Below are positions 1 to 10,618 of a stretch of 64,000 nt of DNA, piece by piece. Source of the stretch: an uncultured Candidatus Binatia bacterium. Its GTDB lineage: Bacteria > Desulfobacterota > Binatia > UBA9968 > JAJDTQ01. Position 1 is the stretch's first letter; every line of letters starts with the position of its first letter. The position numbers and the translations under genes are program-made. The notes beneath the pieces were generated by a model. It was not told the DNA's origin. It searched no databases and saw nothing but the letters and a program-made list of their open reading frames with translations. The stretch is from positions 672,001-736,000 of the forward strand of contig OZ251459.1 in assembly GCA_965242525.1 (NCBI GenBank), read 5' to 3'.

Positions 1-523
1 CACCCGCATCCTCTTCCCCATCGTGGTCACGGTGGTGGCGTCGTGCATCGCGCCCCTGGGCACTCCGCTGATCGGCATGCTGATGCTGGGCAACCTGCTG
101 CGGGAATGCGGCGTGGTGGAGCGCCTCAAGCTGGCTTCCGAGAACGAGATCGCCAACATCGTCACGCTGCTGCTGGGGCTGTCCATCGGCGGCACCATGG
201 CCGCGGAGAGGTTCCTGCGGGTGGAGACCCTCATGGTCCTCTCCTTGGGGCTGGTGGCCATCGGCCTGGACACGGTGATGGGCGTGCTGTTCGGCAAGCT
301 CATGTGCCTGCTCACCCGCGGCCGCATCAACCCGCTCATCGGCGCGGCCGGCATCTCGGCGTTCCCCATGGCCGCCCGGGTGGTGCAGAACGTGGGCCAG
401 CGCTACAACAAGAAGAACCACCTGCTGATGCACGCCATGAGCGCCAACGCCGGGGGCCAGATCGGCTCGGTGATCGCCGCGGCCATCATGCTCTCGGTGC
501 TGCGGGGCATGGGCGTCATCTGA
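1..523 (+). CDS. Na+-translocating decarboxylase beta subunit (OadB/MmdB family), 5' partial
   Basis: Hydrophobic ORF with family motifs NPLIGAAGISAFPMAARV and LLMHAMSANAGGQIGS; open at window start. Confidence 0.9.
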   Translation, partial: TRILFPIVVTVVASCIAPLGTPLIGMLMLGNLLRECGVVERLKLASENEIANIVTLLLGLSIGGTMAAERFLRVETLMVLSLGLVAIGLDTVMGVLFGKLMCLLTRGRINPLIGAAGISAFPMAARVVQNVGQRYNKKNHLLMHAMSANAGGQIGSVIAAAIMLSVLRGMGVI

Positions 524-546
524 CGGAACCGGCGCGGGGGACGTTC

Positions 547-2115
<1,569 letters not shown>

Positions 2116-2159
2116 CAGGGGGAGCGTCCGACCCGTCCCGGCTCGATTCCTCTCTCTCC

Positions 2160-2570
2160 CTACGGCTCACCGGGTCGGGTCAGGATGGCGACACGGGTCA
2201 GCCCCGCGGACTTGGCGGCGTCCATTACCGCCACCACCAGGCCGTGGGGCACGCTGCGGTCGGCCCTCAGCAACACCTGTGGCCCGCCGCCTTTGGCGGT
2301 CGCCTCTTCCAGCGCCGCGCGCAGGTTTGCAAGCGCCACCGGCGCGCCGTCGAGACGGACCTCCCCCTTCCGCGTGATGACCACGTCCAGGTCGCCGCCC
2401 TTGCGCGCGGCCTCCTTCGCGGACGCGTCCGGCAGGTCCACCGTGATTCCCGGGTCCGCCAGGAAGTTCATGGACAGGGCGAAGAAGATCAACAGGTTGA
2501 AGATCGTGTCCACGAACGGCGTCATGTCGAGGAGGCCGCCGGCAGGCCTCGTGGGTGGCCGGAAGTTCAT
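2160..2570 (-). CDS. exbD: Biopolymer transporter ExbD/TolR
   Basis: LDMTPFVDTIFNLLIFF TM motif, ADRSVPHG-x-VVAVMD. Confidence 0.9.
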   Translation of the reverse strand: MNFRPPTRPAGGLLDMTPFVDTIFNLLIFFALSMNFLADPGITVDLPDASAKEAARKGGDLDVVITRKGEVRLDGAPVALANLRAALEEATAKGGGPQVLLRADRSVPHGLVVAVMDAAKSAGLTRVAILTRPGEP

Positions 2571-2594
2571 GTCACTCGTCCGCGCCGTCTTTCA

Positions 2595-2894
2595 GGGAAC
2601 CTCCGGACCATCGGGACAGGGGGCATGAGCGCGTCCTTCGACTTCGCTTCGCTACGCTCAGGACGAACGGAGATACTGAGGATCCTGGAATAGCTTGCCA
2701 CTACAAGGACGTATGATGGCGCGGTAGCCATCCCTGCTTACAGGCCCTTCATCCCGGTTTCCTTCCTGTCGATAAGGGAAACTCCGAACGATTATCCCCG
2801 TTCGTCCTGAGCGTAGCGAAGCGGAGTCGAAGGACGCTTTTTCCCACAGGGTGAGGGAATCCATCCCGGATGGCTCGATCGTTCAGGGGTTCCC
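2595..2894. mobile_element. MITE-like element with REP core inserted in the exbB 3' end
   Basis: Imperfect terminal IRs GGGAACCTCCGGACCATCG / CGATCGTTCAGGGGTTCCC, two internal inverted REP units, CA duplicated on both sides. Confidence 0.75.
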
Positions 2895-3485
2895 CAGCAA
2901 GTCCAGGAAGCGGACGGACAGCCGCTCCATCTCCAGCGTGAGGGTGTTGGCCTTGTTCAGCAGGTACCTGTGCATGACGATGGTGGGGACCGCCACGCTC
3001 AACCCGGCCAGGGTCGTGACCAGCGCCTCGGAGATCCCGCCCGCAAGCGTGCCCGGGTTGACCGCGCTCTGTGTGGAGATCACCGAGAAGATCTCGATCA
3101 TGCCCGAAATGGTCCCCAGGAGGCCCAGCAGCGTGCTGACCCCGGCGATGGTGCCGAGGGTGTCCACGAACCGCACCAGCTCGGCCGCTTCCCGACGGCC
3201 CGCTTCCTCCATGTGCTCCTTCACCACGGCGCGGCTTCGTCCCGCCGCCCGGACGCCCGCGGCGAGCACCTTGGCGATGGCCGCAGGGCTCCGTTCCAGC
3301 AACGCCCCGGCCGCGCCCGGGTCCTCCCCCTCGACCAGCGCCTCCGCCCTCCGCACCAACTCCGCGGGCGCCACCCGACGTCTTCGGAGGCTGAACAGCC
3401 GCTCCACGAATATGCCCACCGCGGTGACCGAGCACAGCAGTATCGGGACCATGAAGATGCCGCCCTTGCCGAGGAATTCGAGCAT
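2883..3485 (-). CDS. exbB: ExbB/TolQ/MotA proton channel protein
   Basis: LGLLGTISGMI and GISEALVTTLAGL motifs; adjacent to exbD. Confidence 0.9.
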   Translation of the reverse strand: MLEFLGKGGIFMVPILLCSVTAVGIFVERLFSLRRRRVAPAELVRRAEALVEGEDPGAAGALLERSPAAIAKVLAAGVRAAGRSRAVVKEHMEEAGRREAAELVRFVDTLGTIAGVSTLLGLLGTISGMIEIFSVISTQSAVNPGTLAGGISEALVTTLAGLSVAVPTIVMHRYLLNKANTLTLEMERLSVRFLDLLGNP

Positions 3486-3500
3486 GCCGCCAACACCTAG

Positions 3501-3603
3501 TACCCTGTAACAGTGACTAGGTCACTGGCCTGGAACATCTCATCATGCACGGGAAACATGTCTCGCGCTGTATCCCTGCTGACAGAGGGACTGTTACAGG
3601 GTA
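3501..3603. mobile_element. Miniature inverted-repeat element, IS701-like ends
   Basis: Perfect 14-bp TIR TACCCTGTAACAGT / ACTGTTACAGGGTA flanked by CTAG and CTGG. Confidence 0.65.
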
Positions 3604-3611
3604 CTGGTATC

Positions 3612-3821
3612 GGAAACCCTGAAGAACCATCCTTATCCCTTCTGGACGCATCGAATCAGGAATCCCCATCCCTCCTGATCGCAGCGAAGCAGAGTCCCCT
3701 ATCCCTCCTGGGCATGGCGAACCGGAGACCTCCGTTCGTCCTGAGCGTAGCGTAGCGAAGTCGAAGGACCTGCTTTCCCGCAGGGAGACGAAACCCGATC
3801 CGGAAGGGATCCGACGTTCCT
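3612..3821. repeat. Degenerate REP-MITE family copy with tandem ~33-bp units
   Basis: CCGTTCGTCCTGAGCGTAGCG...GTCGAAGGAC core preceded by degenerate tandem units. Confidence 0.65.
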
Positions 3822-3961
3822 ATCATTTATCCTCGACCTGGGGTAACCGGAAGGGTTCCCTCTGCCGTTTCCGGCGCCGGCGCTTGTTTCCCGGTCGTGT
3901 GCGTTCTATCTCAACGGGAGGAGGGCCGCACGCGGTCTTTGCCGCGAGAGTTGACAACCCC

Positions 3962-4741
3962 ATGCTCAGGCGCATCGGACCCTTGATGGTGGACGTCTTC
4001 CCGCCGGAACGGAACAAGTTCCGGCCGCCCGTGGTCCTGGTCCACGGCCTGTGGGCCGGGGGCTGGTGTTGGCGGGAATGGGCCACGCGCCTGTGCAACC
4101 TGGGGTGGGAATGCTGGTCCCTCGACTTGCGGGAGCATGGCCGCGGCGCGCCGTCAACGCCGGACGAGGCGGTGGACCGCTTGCGCGCGGTGATGGCGGA
4201 GGCGGCCTTTCCGCCGGTGCTGATGGGGCACGGCATGGGGGCGCGGCTCGTCCTGGCCGCGGCCAGGGAGCGCGAGGCCGCGGCCGGGGTCCTGGTGGCG
4301 CCGGACGTGGCCGCCTACCTGGGAGAGTTGCCCAAGGCCATGCGCCTGCTGCGGCTCCGGTACCTGGCGCTGCTGGTCATGCGCCGTCCGATACTCGTCC
4401 GGCCGGCCGACTTCATGGACCTGTGGCTCCACGCCGTACCCCCGGACCGGCAACGGGACATCGTGGAAGCGCTTGCCCCGGAGCCGCCGGGGATGGTCCG
4501 GGCGCTGTTCGAGCGCGGCCTCGACGCGCCCGAGGTCCGGAACCCGACGCTGGTGCTCGGCGGGGCCGACGACCGGCTGGTCCCGGGCGCCGCCCTCCGC
4601 GACTTCGCCCGGGACGCGGGCGCGGGATACATGGAGGCCGGCGGCCGCGGCCACTGGCTGCTGGAGGACGGGGACCTGGTGAGCCGGACCCATCGCTGGC
4701 TCGTGAGGACCCTGGGGGAAGCGGTCCAGGAACCGTCATGA
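3962..4741 (+). CDS. Alpha/beta hydrolase
   Basis: VLVHGLWAG oxyanion motif, GHGMG at nucleophile elbow (Ser replaced by Gly), GGADDRLVP, GHW. Confidence 0.75.
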   Translation: MLRRIGPLMVDVFPPERNKFRPPVVLVHGLWAGGWCWREWATRLCNLGWECWSLDLREHGRGAPSTPDEAVDRLRAVMAEAAFPPVLMGHGMGARLVLAAAREREAAAGVLVAPDVAAYLGELPKAMRLLRLRYLALLVMRRPILVRPADFMDLWLHAVPPDRQRDIVEALAPEPPGMVRALFERGLDAPEVRNPTLVLGGADDRLVPGAALRDFARDAGAGYMEAGGRGHWLLEDGDLVSRTHRWLVRTLGEAVQEPS

Positions 4742-5466
4742 ACGAAGTGAACCTCCTCGTGGCCTTCGGGGCCGGCGGCCTCTCGTTCCTCAGTCCGTGC
4801 GTGCTGCCGTTGATCCCGTCGTACCTCTCGTTCGTCTCCGGCATATCGCCGCGGGAAATGAGCGAAGGCGCCCCGGGCCACGCCCGGCTCATGGGGAACG
4901 CCCTCGCCTTCGTATGCGGCTTCTCCGTCGCCTTCGTCGCCCTGGGAGCGTCCGCCAGCCTGCTGGGAAGCCTGCTGATCGGCTACCGGGACGCGGTGCG
5001 CATGGTCGGGGGCCTGTTCATCCTGTTGGTGGGGATCTACCTGACCGGGGTCTTCAAGGTCGCCGCCCTGGAGCGCTACGCCCAGTTCGACCTGCGCAGC
5101 AAGCCGGCCGGCTACCTGGGGTCGGCGCTGGTGGGACTCACCTTCGCGGTGGCCTGGATCCCCTGTGTGGGGCCGATCCTGGGCGCCATCCTGACCCTGG
5201 CCGGAACCGCGGCCGACGTCCACCGCGGCACGCTGCTGCTCTCGGCCTACGCAGCCGGCCTCGCCCTGCCGTTCCTCCTCAGCGCCTTGGCCATGAACCG
5301 CTTCTTCCGGCTCTCCCGCGCCCTCGGCCCTTGGCTGCCGGCCATCCACACGTGCGCCGGCCTGCTCCTGGCCGCCGTCGGCCTCCTGCTGCTGACCGAC
5401 ACCATGACCGCGCTCAACGCCTACGCGCTCCGTCTCACCCCCGCCTGGCTGGTGAAGTGGCTGTAG
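4738..5466 (+). CDS. ccdA: Cytochrome c biogenesis protein CcdA
   Basis: SFLSPCVLPLIPSYLS and WIPCVGPILG motifs. Confidence 0.9.
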   Translation: MNEVNLLVAFGAGGLSFLSPCVLPLIPSYLSFVSGISPREMSEGAPGHARLMGNALAFVCGFSVAFVALGASASLLGSLLIGYRDAVRMVGGLFILLVGIYLTGVFKVAALERYAQFDLRSKPAGYLGSALVGLTFAVAWIPCVGPILGAILTLAGTAADVHRGTLLLSAYAAGLALPFLLSALAMNRFFRLSRALGPWLPAIHTCAGLLLAAVGLLLLTDTMTALNAYALRLTPAWLVKWL

Positions 5467-5660
5467 CCGCACGGGCGCCCTGCCTCTCCGTATCCTCTAT
5501 CCGCCGTTTTGGAGCAGGGCATGAAAACGGCCCGCAAACCGGCCGGGATCTTCAAGGTGTCTCCGGCGAAGTTCATCTGATTCGACGCACTGCATCGTCA
5601 ATCACGATCACGGCTTCAAGCGCTCCACGGGATACTGTGGGGGCGCTTCCGGCTTTCGTG

Positions 5661-5875
5661 TGGGTAAGGTAGGAGGGAAAGGGGAGCGAAAGAGAACACG
5701 CCGTCATTGCTCCGCAGACGCCCACCCCTCGTTATTCCCGCAGCCGCCCGCTCCCGTCATTCCCGCGAAAGCGGGAATCCAGACCATGCGAGCAAACCAC
5801 ATGGGCGCCCTGTATGAGAGGTTTGTACAACGAGAGCGATGAAACTGGATGGATTCCCGCTTTCGCGGGAATGAC
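5661..5875. repeat. Composite repeat with inverted pair of dRS3-like palindromes
   Basis: GTCATTCCCGCGAAAGCGGGAATCCA at 5756-5781, inverse at 5850-5875; 5661-5740 similar to 41295-41370. Confidence 0.8.
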
Positions 5876-6062
5876 GGGATCGGGAGTGTCGCAACCCACA
5901 CGAATTCCGGAAGCGCCTCGGTATTTCTCCCGTCAAATCAGCGAAGCGGCGCCATCACGTCACCCGAGAGGCCCCGAGGCAGTCTCGTCCCGCGCTCAGA
6001 TGGTTCGTCTCCTGGTCCGTCTCCAGGCTCGAACACCATGATCTTCAGGTCCTCGCCCGCCG

Positions 6063-7229
6063 TCATCCCGCCTCCGTACCCTCGTTCAGTATGGCAAGAT
6101 ACCGGTCATAGACGAACAGCCGGTCACGGCGCCGTCCGGTCAGTTCGCGGGCGATGCCTTGCTCGACCAGCAGGTCCATGGCCGAGGAGACGGTGGGGAA
6201 GGAGAGGGCGGTGCGCCTGACGGCCTCGTTCAGGGACAGGATGGGCTGCTCCTTCAGCGCTTCGTGGACGCGCAGGGCCGAGCCGGCGCGGCGGCCGCCG
6301 ATCCTCCCGGTACGCCGCCGGTCCTCCTGGAAGGTTTGGGAGATGCGTTGCGCGGCCGAGACCGCGCTCTCCGCGGTCTCGCGCACGCCGTCGAGGAAGA
6401 AGCCGAGCCACGCTTCCCAATCGCCGGTGCGGCGCACGTGGCTCAGGAGGTCGTAGTAGGCGCTCCGGTGCTGTTTCAGGTACAGGCTCAGGTAGAGGAG
6501 CGGCTCCCGCAGCATCCCGGCGTGGCACAGCAGGAGGGTGATGAGCAGCCGTCCGACCCGTCCGTTGCCGTCGAGGAAGGGGTGGATGGTCTCGAACTGG
6601 ACGTGGGCAAGCCCGGCTCGGACCAACACGGACAGCCCGTCGCCGCTGGCGTGGAGAAAGCGTTCGAGGGCCGCCATGCAGTCGGGCACCGCGGTGTGCG
6701 GCGGCGGCACGAAGGCGGCGTTGCCGGGTCGGGAGCCGCCGATCCAGTTCTGCGAGCCGCGGAACTCGCCGGGCGCCTTGCTGCTGCCCCGCCCGTGGGA
6801 CAGCAACACCCCGTGGATCTCGCGGATCAGCCGATTGGAGAGCGGGAAGTCCTCCCCCAGGCGGCGCAGTCCGTGGTCGAACGCCTTCACGTAGTTGGAG
6901 ACCTCCACCACGTCGTCGAGGGGCACGCCGGGCGCCTCTCCGAGCTCATGGAGCAGGAGGTCGGACAGCGAGGACTGCGTGCCCTCTATCCGGGAGGAAA
7001 GCACGGCCTCCTTGCGCACGTAGGTGTAGAGGAAGAGAGTCCGGTCGGGCAGGAGCGCCGAAAGGCCGTCCAGCCGGCCCAGGGAGAGCACCGCGGCTTC
7101 GAGCGCCGGCTGCAACGGACCGTCCAGGGAGAGGGGAGGGACGGGCGGCAGCGGCGTCGGCACGAAGGCGCGGACCTGCTCGCCCCCGGCGCTCGTGACC
7201 TCGTATGTGCCGATTTCTCCGCGCTGCAT
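6063..7229 (-). CDS. Fic family protein (Fic_N + Fic + C-terminal HTH)
   Basis: HPFLDGNGRVGR motif; EAVLSSRIEGTQ. Confidence 0.92.
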   Translation of the reverse strand: MQRGEIGTYEVTSAGGEQVRAFVPTPLPPVPPLSLDGPLQPALEAAVLSLGRLDGLSALLPDRTLFLYTYVRKEAVLSSRIEGTQSSLSDLLLHELGEAPGVPLDDVVEVSNYVKAFDHGLRRLGEDFPLSNRLIREIHGVLLSHGRGSSKAPGEFRGSQNWIGGSRPGNAAFVPPPHTAVPDCMAALERFLHASGDGLSVLVRAGLAHVQFETIHPFLDGNGRVGRLLITLLLCHAGMLREPLLYLSLYLKQHRSAYYDLLSHVRRTGDWEAWLGFFLDGVRETAESAVSAAQRISQTFQEDRRRTGRIGGRRAGSALRVHEALKEQPILSLNEAVRRTALSFPTVSSAMDLLVEQGIARELTGRRRDRLFVYDRYLAILNEGTEAG

Positions 7230-7346
7230 ACCGGCCGTTCCTTATGAAAAGTTTTTCAAGAGCAGGGAAGGCAATTCAATTTTATAGGCTAATTCTTGAA
7301 TAATCAACGGGTTGAAGCAACAAGGACATTCCTTGTGCCGGGTTCT

Positions 7347-9713
7347 TTACGCCGCCCGCCTCCCCCGTATCAGCGCCAGCACCCGTTCGGGGGACAGGGG
7401 GGTCTCGGACACCTCCACGCCCAGGGGGCGGAGGGCATCGACTACCGCGTTGGCGATGGCCGCGGGCGGGGCGATGGCGCCGCCTTCGCCGAGGCCCTTG
7501 AGTCCCAGCGGGTTGAGCGGGGAAGGGGTTTCGAGATGGACCTGCCGTATGTTCGGTACTTCGCCGCAGCCGGGCAGGATGTAGTCCAGCAGGGTGCCGG
7601 TGACGAGTTGTCCCAGGTCGTCGTACACGAACTCCTCGTAGAGCGCGCCGCCGATGCCCTGGGCGGTGCCGCCCCGCACCTGCCCCTCCACGAACAGGGG
7701 GTTGACCGCGGGGCCGGAGTCGTGCGCCACCGCGTAGTCCAGGATCCGGACCTGCCCGGTCTCCGCATCCACTTCCACCACGGCCACGTGGGCGGCGTTG
7801 GCCCAGGTCACGGTCTGCGGCACGTAGTAGTAGCTGGCCTCCAGGTCGGGCTCCATGCCCTCCGGCATCCGCGAGCTCCAGCCGGGCACTGCGGCCCGGG
7901 CCAGCTCGGCCAGGGAAACGCCCCGGTCCGGCCTTTCCTCCACGAACACTTGGCCGCCGCGGGTGGCGAGGTCGTCGGGGTTGGCTTCCAGTAGGTGCGC
8001 GGCCAGCTCGAACACCTTGGCCTTGAGGCGGCGGGTGGCTTCGTGGATGGCGGCGCCGGCGTTGACCGTGCTCCGGCTGGCGAAGGTGCCGCAGCCGTAG
8101 CGGATGGCCGCGGTGTCGCCTCCCACCACGGTGACGTCTTCGGGGTTCACGCCCCACAGGTCCGCGGTGACCTGCGCGAACACGGTCTCGTGCCCCTGGC
8201 CGTGGCCGCTGGCGCCCACCGACACCATGAGCTTGCCGGAGGAATCCACCTGCACCCGGGCGCCCTCGAAGGACCCCACCCCGGTGCCCTCCATGTAGAA
8301 GCCGATGCCCGCGCCCACGTAGCGGCCGGACTCCCGGGCCTCTTTCTGCCGCGCGCGCACGCTTTCGTAGCCGCACGCCTCCAGCGCCTTTGCGAGGGTG
8401 GCGGGAAAATCGCCGCTGTCGTAGCACACCGGCTCTCCGTCCCTGTAGAGGATGCCGGCGTCGTAGGGTATCCGGTCGGGCTCCACGAAGTTGCGGAAGC
8501 GCACTTCCGCGGGGTCCAGGCCGAGCTCGCCGGCGATGCGGTCGATGCAGCGCTCCATGACGAACACCGCCTCCGGCCGGCCGGCGCCCCGGTAGGGCGC
8601 GTTGGGCGCCTTGTTGGTGGCGACGCAGGTGCCGGTGACGTCGAGGTTCGGTATCCGGTACGGCCCCTGCAGGTGGGCCGAAGTGTTGTACGCGTCAGTG
8701 AGGCCCAGGGGGTTGTAGGCGCCGTTGTCCAGCAGGAAGCGGTCCTTCAGGGCCACGATCCTGCCCTCCCGGTCGAACCCCGCCTCCACGTAGTGCACCT
8801 GGTCCCGGGCGTGGGCCGTGCTGATGAAATGCTCCCTGCGGTCCTCGATCCACTGCACCGGACGCTGCAACTCCAGGGCCAGGTAGGGCACCAGCACTTC
8901 CTCGGGATAGACCAGCACCTTGGGTCCGAACCCCCCGCCCACGTGGGGCGCCACCACCCGGATTCCCTCCTCGGCCAGATCCAGTTGGGAGGCGATCTGC
9001 CGCCGCACGCTGTGGGGCACCTGGGTGGAGGACCACACGGTCAGGCGCCGGGGCCTGGTCTCGGCCATGGCCGCCACCCCTCGGCCTTCCATGGGCACGG
9101 CGCCGTGGCGCCGGTGGTGGAAGCGCTCCGCAATGCGGTGGGGCGCGGTCTCCAGCGCCCGTTCCGGGTCCCCCTTGGCGATGCGGAAATGGAACACCAC
9201 GTTGTCGTCGGCGCCGTCGTGCACCCGTTCGGCGTCCGGCGCCAGGGCCGCTTCCGGGTCCACCAGCGGGGGAAGCTCTTGGTAATCCACGGTGACGGCC
9301 TCGGCCGCGTCCTCGGCCCGGTACCGGTCCTCGGCCACCACCATGGCCACGGGCTCGCCCACGTAGTGGGCCTTGTCCACCGCAAGGACCCGCGCCCGCG
9401 GCCCCTTGAGCACGGGCTTCACCCGTTCGAGCCAGGGGGGAGGGTGGATCTCGAAGCTCGAAGGGAAGGGCGCGATGGCGTCCCTGACCTCTTCTCCCGT
9501 GACCACCCGCACCACCCCCGGCATTTGCCGGGCCCGGGTCGCGTCCACCCCGCGTATCCTGGCGTGCGCGTGCGGGCTGCGCAGCACCGCGGCATGGAGC
9601 ATCCCCGGAAGCCGCAGGTCGCCCACGAAGGTCCCCCGCCCCCGCAGCAGGGGTTCCGCCTCGCGCATGGGGATGCTCCGCCCCATGTGCCGTCTGACGC
9701 CGTGGTCGTTCAT
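7347..9713 (-). CDS. Xanthine dehydrogenase family molybdopterin-binding large subunit (CoxL-like)
   Basis: VGGGFGPK, PYRGAGRPE, GHGQGHET, KGLGEGG motifs. Confidence 0.9.
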   Translation of the reverse strand: MNDHGVRRHMGRSIPMREAEPLLRGRGTFVGDLRLPGMLHAAVLRSPHAHARIRGVDATRARQMPGVVRVVTGEEVRDAIAPFPSSFEIHPPPWLERVKPVLKGPRARVLAVDKAHYVGEPVAMVVAEDRYRAEDAAEAVTVDYQELPPLVDPEAALAPDAERVHDGADDNVVFHFRIAKGDPERALETAPHRIAERFHHRRHGAVPMEGRGVAAMAETRPRRLTVWSSTQVPHSVRRQIASQLDLAEEGIRVVAPHVGGGFGPKVLVYPEEVLVPYLALELQRPVQWIEDRREHFISTAHARDQVHYVEAGFDREGRIVALKDRFLLDNGAYNPLGLTDAYNTSAHLQGPYRIPNLDVTGTCVATNKAPNAPYRGAGRPEAVFVMERCIDRIAGELGLDPAEVRFRNFVEPDRIPYDAGILYRDGEPVCYDSGDFPATLAKALEACGYESVRARQKEARESGRYVGAGIGFYMEGTGVGSFEGARVQVDSSGKLMVSVGASGHGQGHETVFAQVTADLWGVNPEDVTVVGGDTAAIRYGCGTFASRSTVNAGAAIHEATRRLKAKVFELAAHLLEANPDDLATRGGQVFVEERPDRGVSLAELARAAVPGWSSRMPEGMEPDLEASYYYVPQTVTWANAAHVAVVEVDAETGQVRILDYAVAHDSGPAVNPLFVEGQVRGGTAQGIGGALYEEFVYDDLGQLVTGTLLDYILPGCGEVPNIRQVHLETPSPLNPLGLKGLGEGGAIAPPAAIANAVVDALRPLGVEVSETPLSPERVLALIRGRRAA

Positions 9714-9746
9714 GGCCGTTCCTCGATTCCGCGTCCGGGTCCGGCG

Positions 9747-10442
9747 CTATGCCGCGCCGATGGTCCAGATGTCGTAGAGCAGCTCCATGCGCCGGAAGGT
9801 GACCTCCCGCGTCTGTTGCTGGAGGTTGGGCGAGTCCAGGTAGCGGCGTCCGATGTCTTCCGCCAGGGTGCCGTGCTCTTTGTCCGCCTCCACGTGCACG
9901 GTGAAGAACCGGACCGATTCGGGAGACATGCCGTAGCGGTCCATGAAGCCCTGCCCCAGAGCCGCGGCGGCCGGCGAGAACGTGCCCTCGGCGCCCATCT
10001 GCGCGGCCATCACCACGAACCACGGCTGCGTGTGGATCACCAGCTCGGCATAGTAGAGGTGGGCGGCGGTGGCCGGAAGCAGGGCCGCGTGCTCCAGGTC
10101 CTTGCGCGTGAGGCCGATGGCTTCGGCGAACTCCACGAACATGTCCGGGTGGCCGGCGCTCCCGGGCAGGAGGCCGCGGGTCTCCTCTTCCGCCACCTCG
10201 AACAGCCGCGGGGCGAACTCCGGATCGCTGCACGCCACGTAGCGGAGCAGGGCGATGCGGGGAACCGCCCGGCGGAACTGGTAGTCCTGGACCGCCCAGG
10301 CGCGGATGTGCTCCAGGGTCGCGGACCCCGAGCGCACGGCCTCCACGAACGGATGGCGGACGCGCAGCTTGGGGAAACCGGCGATGTCGCGCTTGAGCTC
10401 CTCCACGAACGCGTCCGCGGAAAGGGGTTCGGTGCTGCTCAT
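9747..10442 (-). CDS. TenA/PqqC/CADD-like heme-oxygenase-fold redox protein
   Basis: HPF, AEEETRG..H, EG, FFTVHVEADKEH pattern. Confidence 0.75.
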   Translation of the reverse strand: MSSTEPLSADAFVEELKRDIAGFPKLRVRHPFVEAVRSGSATLEHIRAWAVQDYQFRRAVPRIALLRYVACSDPEFAPRLFEVAEEETRGLLPGSAGHPDMFVEFAEAIGLTRKDLEHAALLPATAAHLYYAELVIHTQPWFVVMAAQMGAEGTFSPAAAALGQGFMDRYGMSPESVRFFTVHVEADKEHGTLAEDIGRRYLDSPNLQQQTREVTFRRMELLYDIWTIGAA

Positions 10443-10618
10443 CGGGTTGTCTCCTTCGGCGAAAATCGATGCGGGGCGCAAGCGTCAGGCTATCGGCTTT
10501 GGCGCAAGAAAGCGAGTCCGCGGAGCCGTTGCCGTGGGAACGCGAGGGGTGTTATGATCCCCTCCGCACCGAACGGCGCCGACACCGGACGGCGCCAATT
10601 TTCACAGGAGGTGTCACC

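Noticed and set aside
43-546. N-terminal extensions of the ORF-track proteins 43-2115, 4051-5466, 56989-59457 and 43966-45357 as fusions
   Set aside because: The extensions overlap the upstream genes in another frame; real starts are downstream
7347-9713. Aerobic CO dehydrogenase (form I CoxL)
   Set aside because: Active-site loop is PYRGAGR, not AYxCSFR, and coxM/coxS are absent
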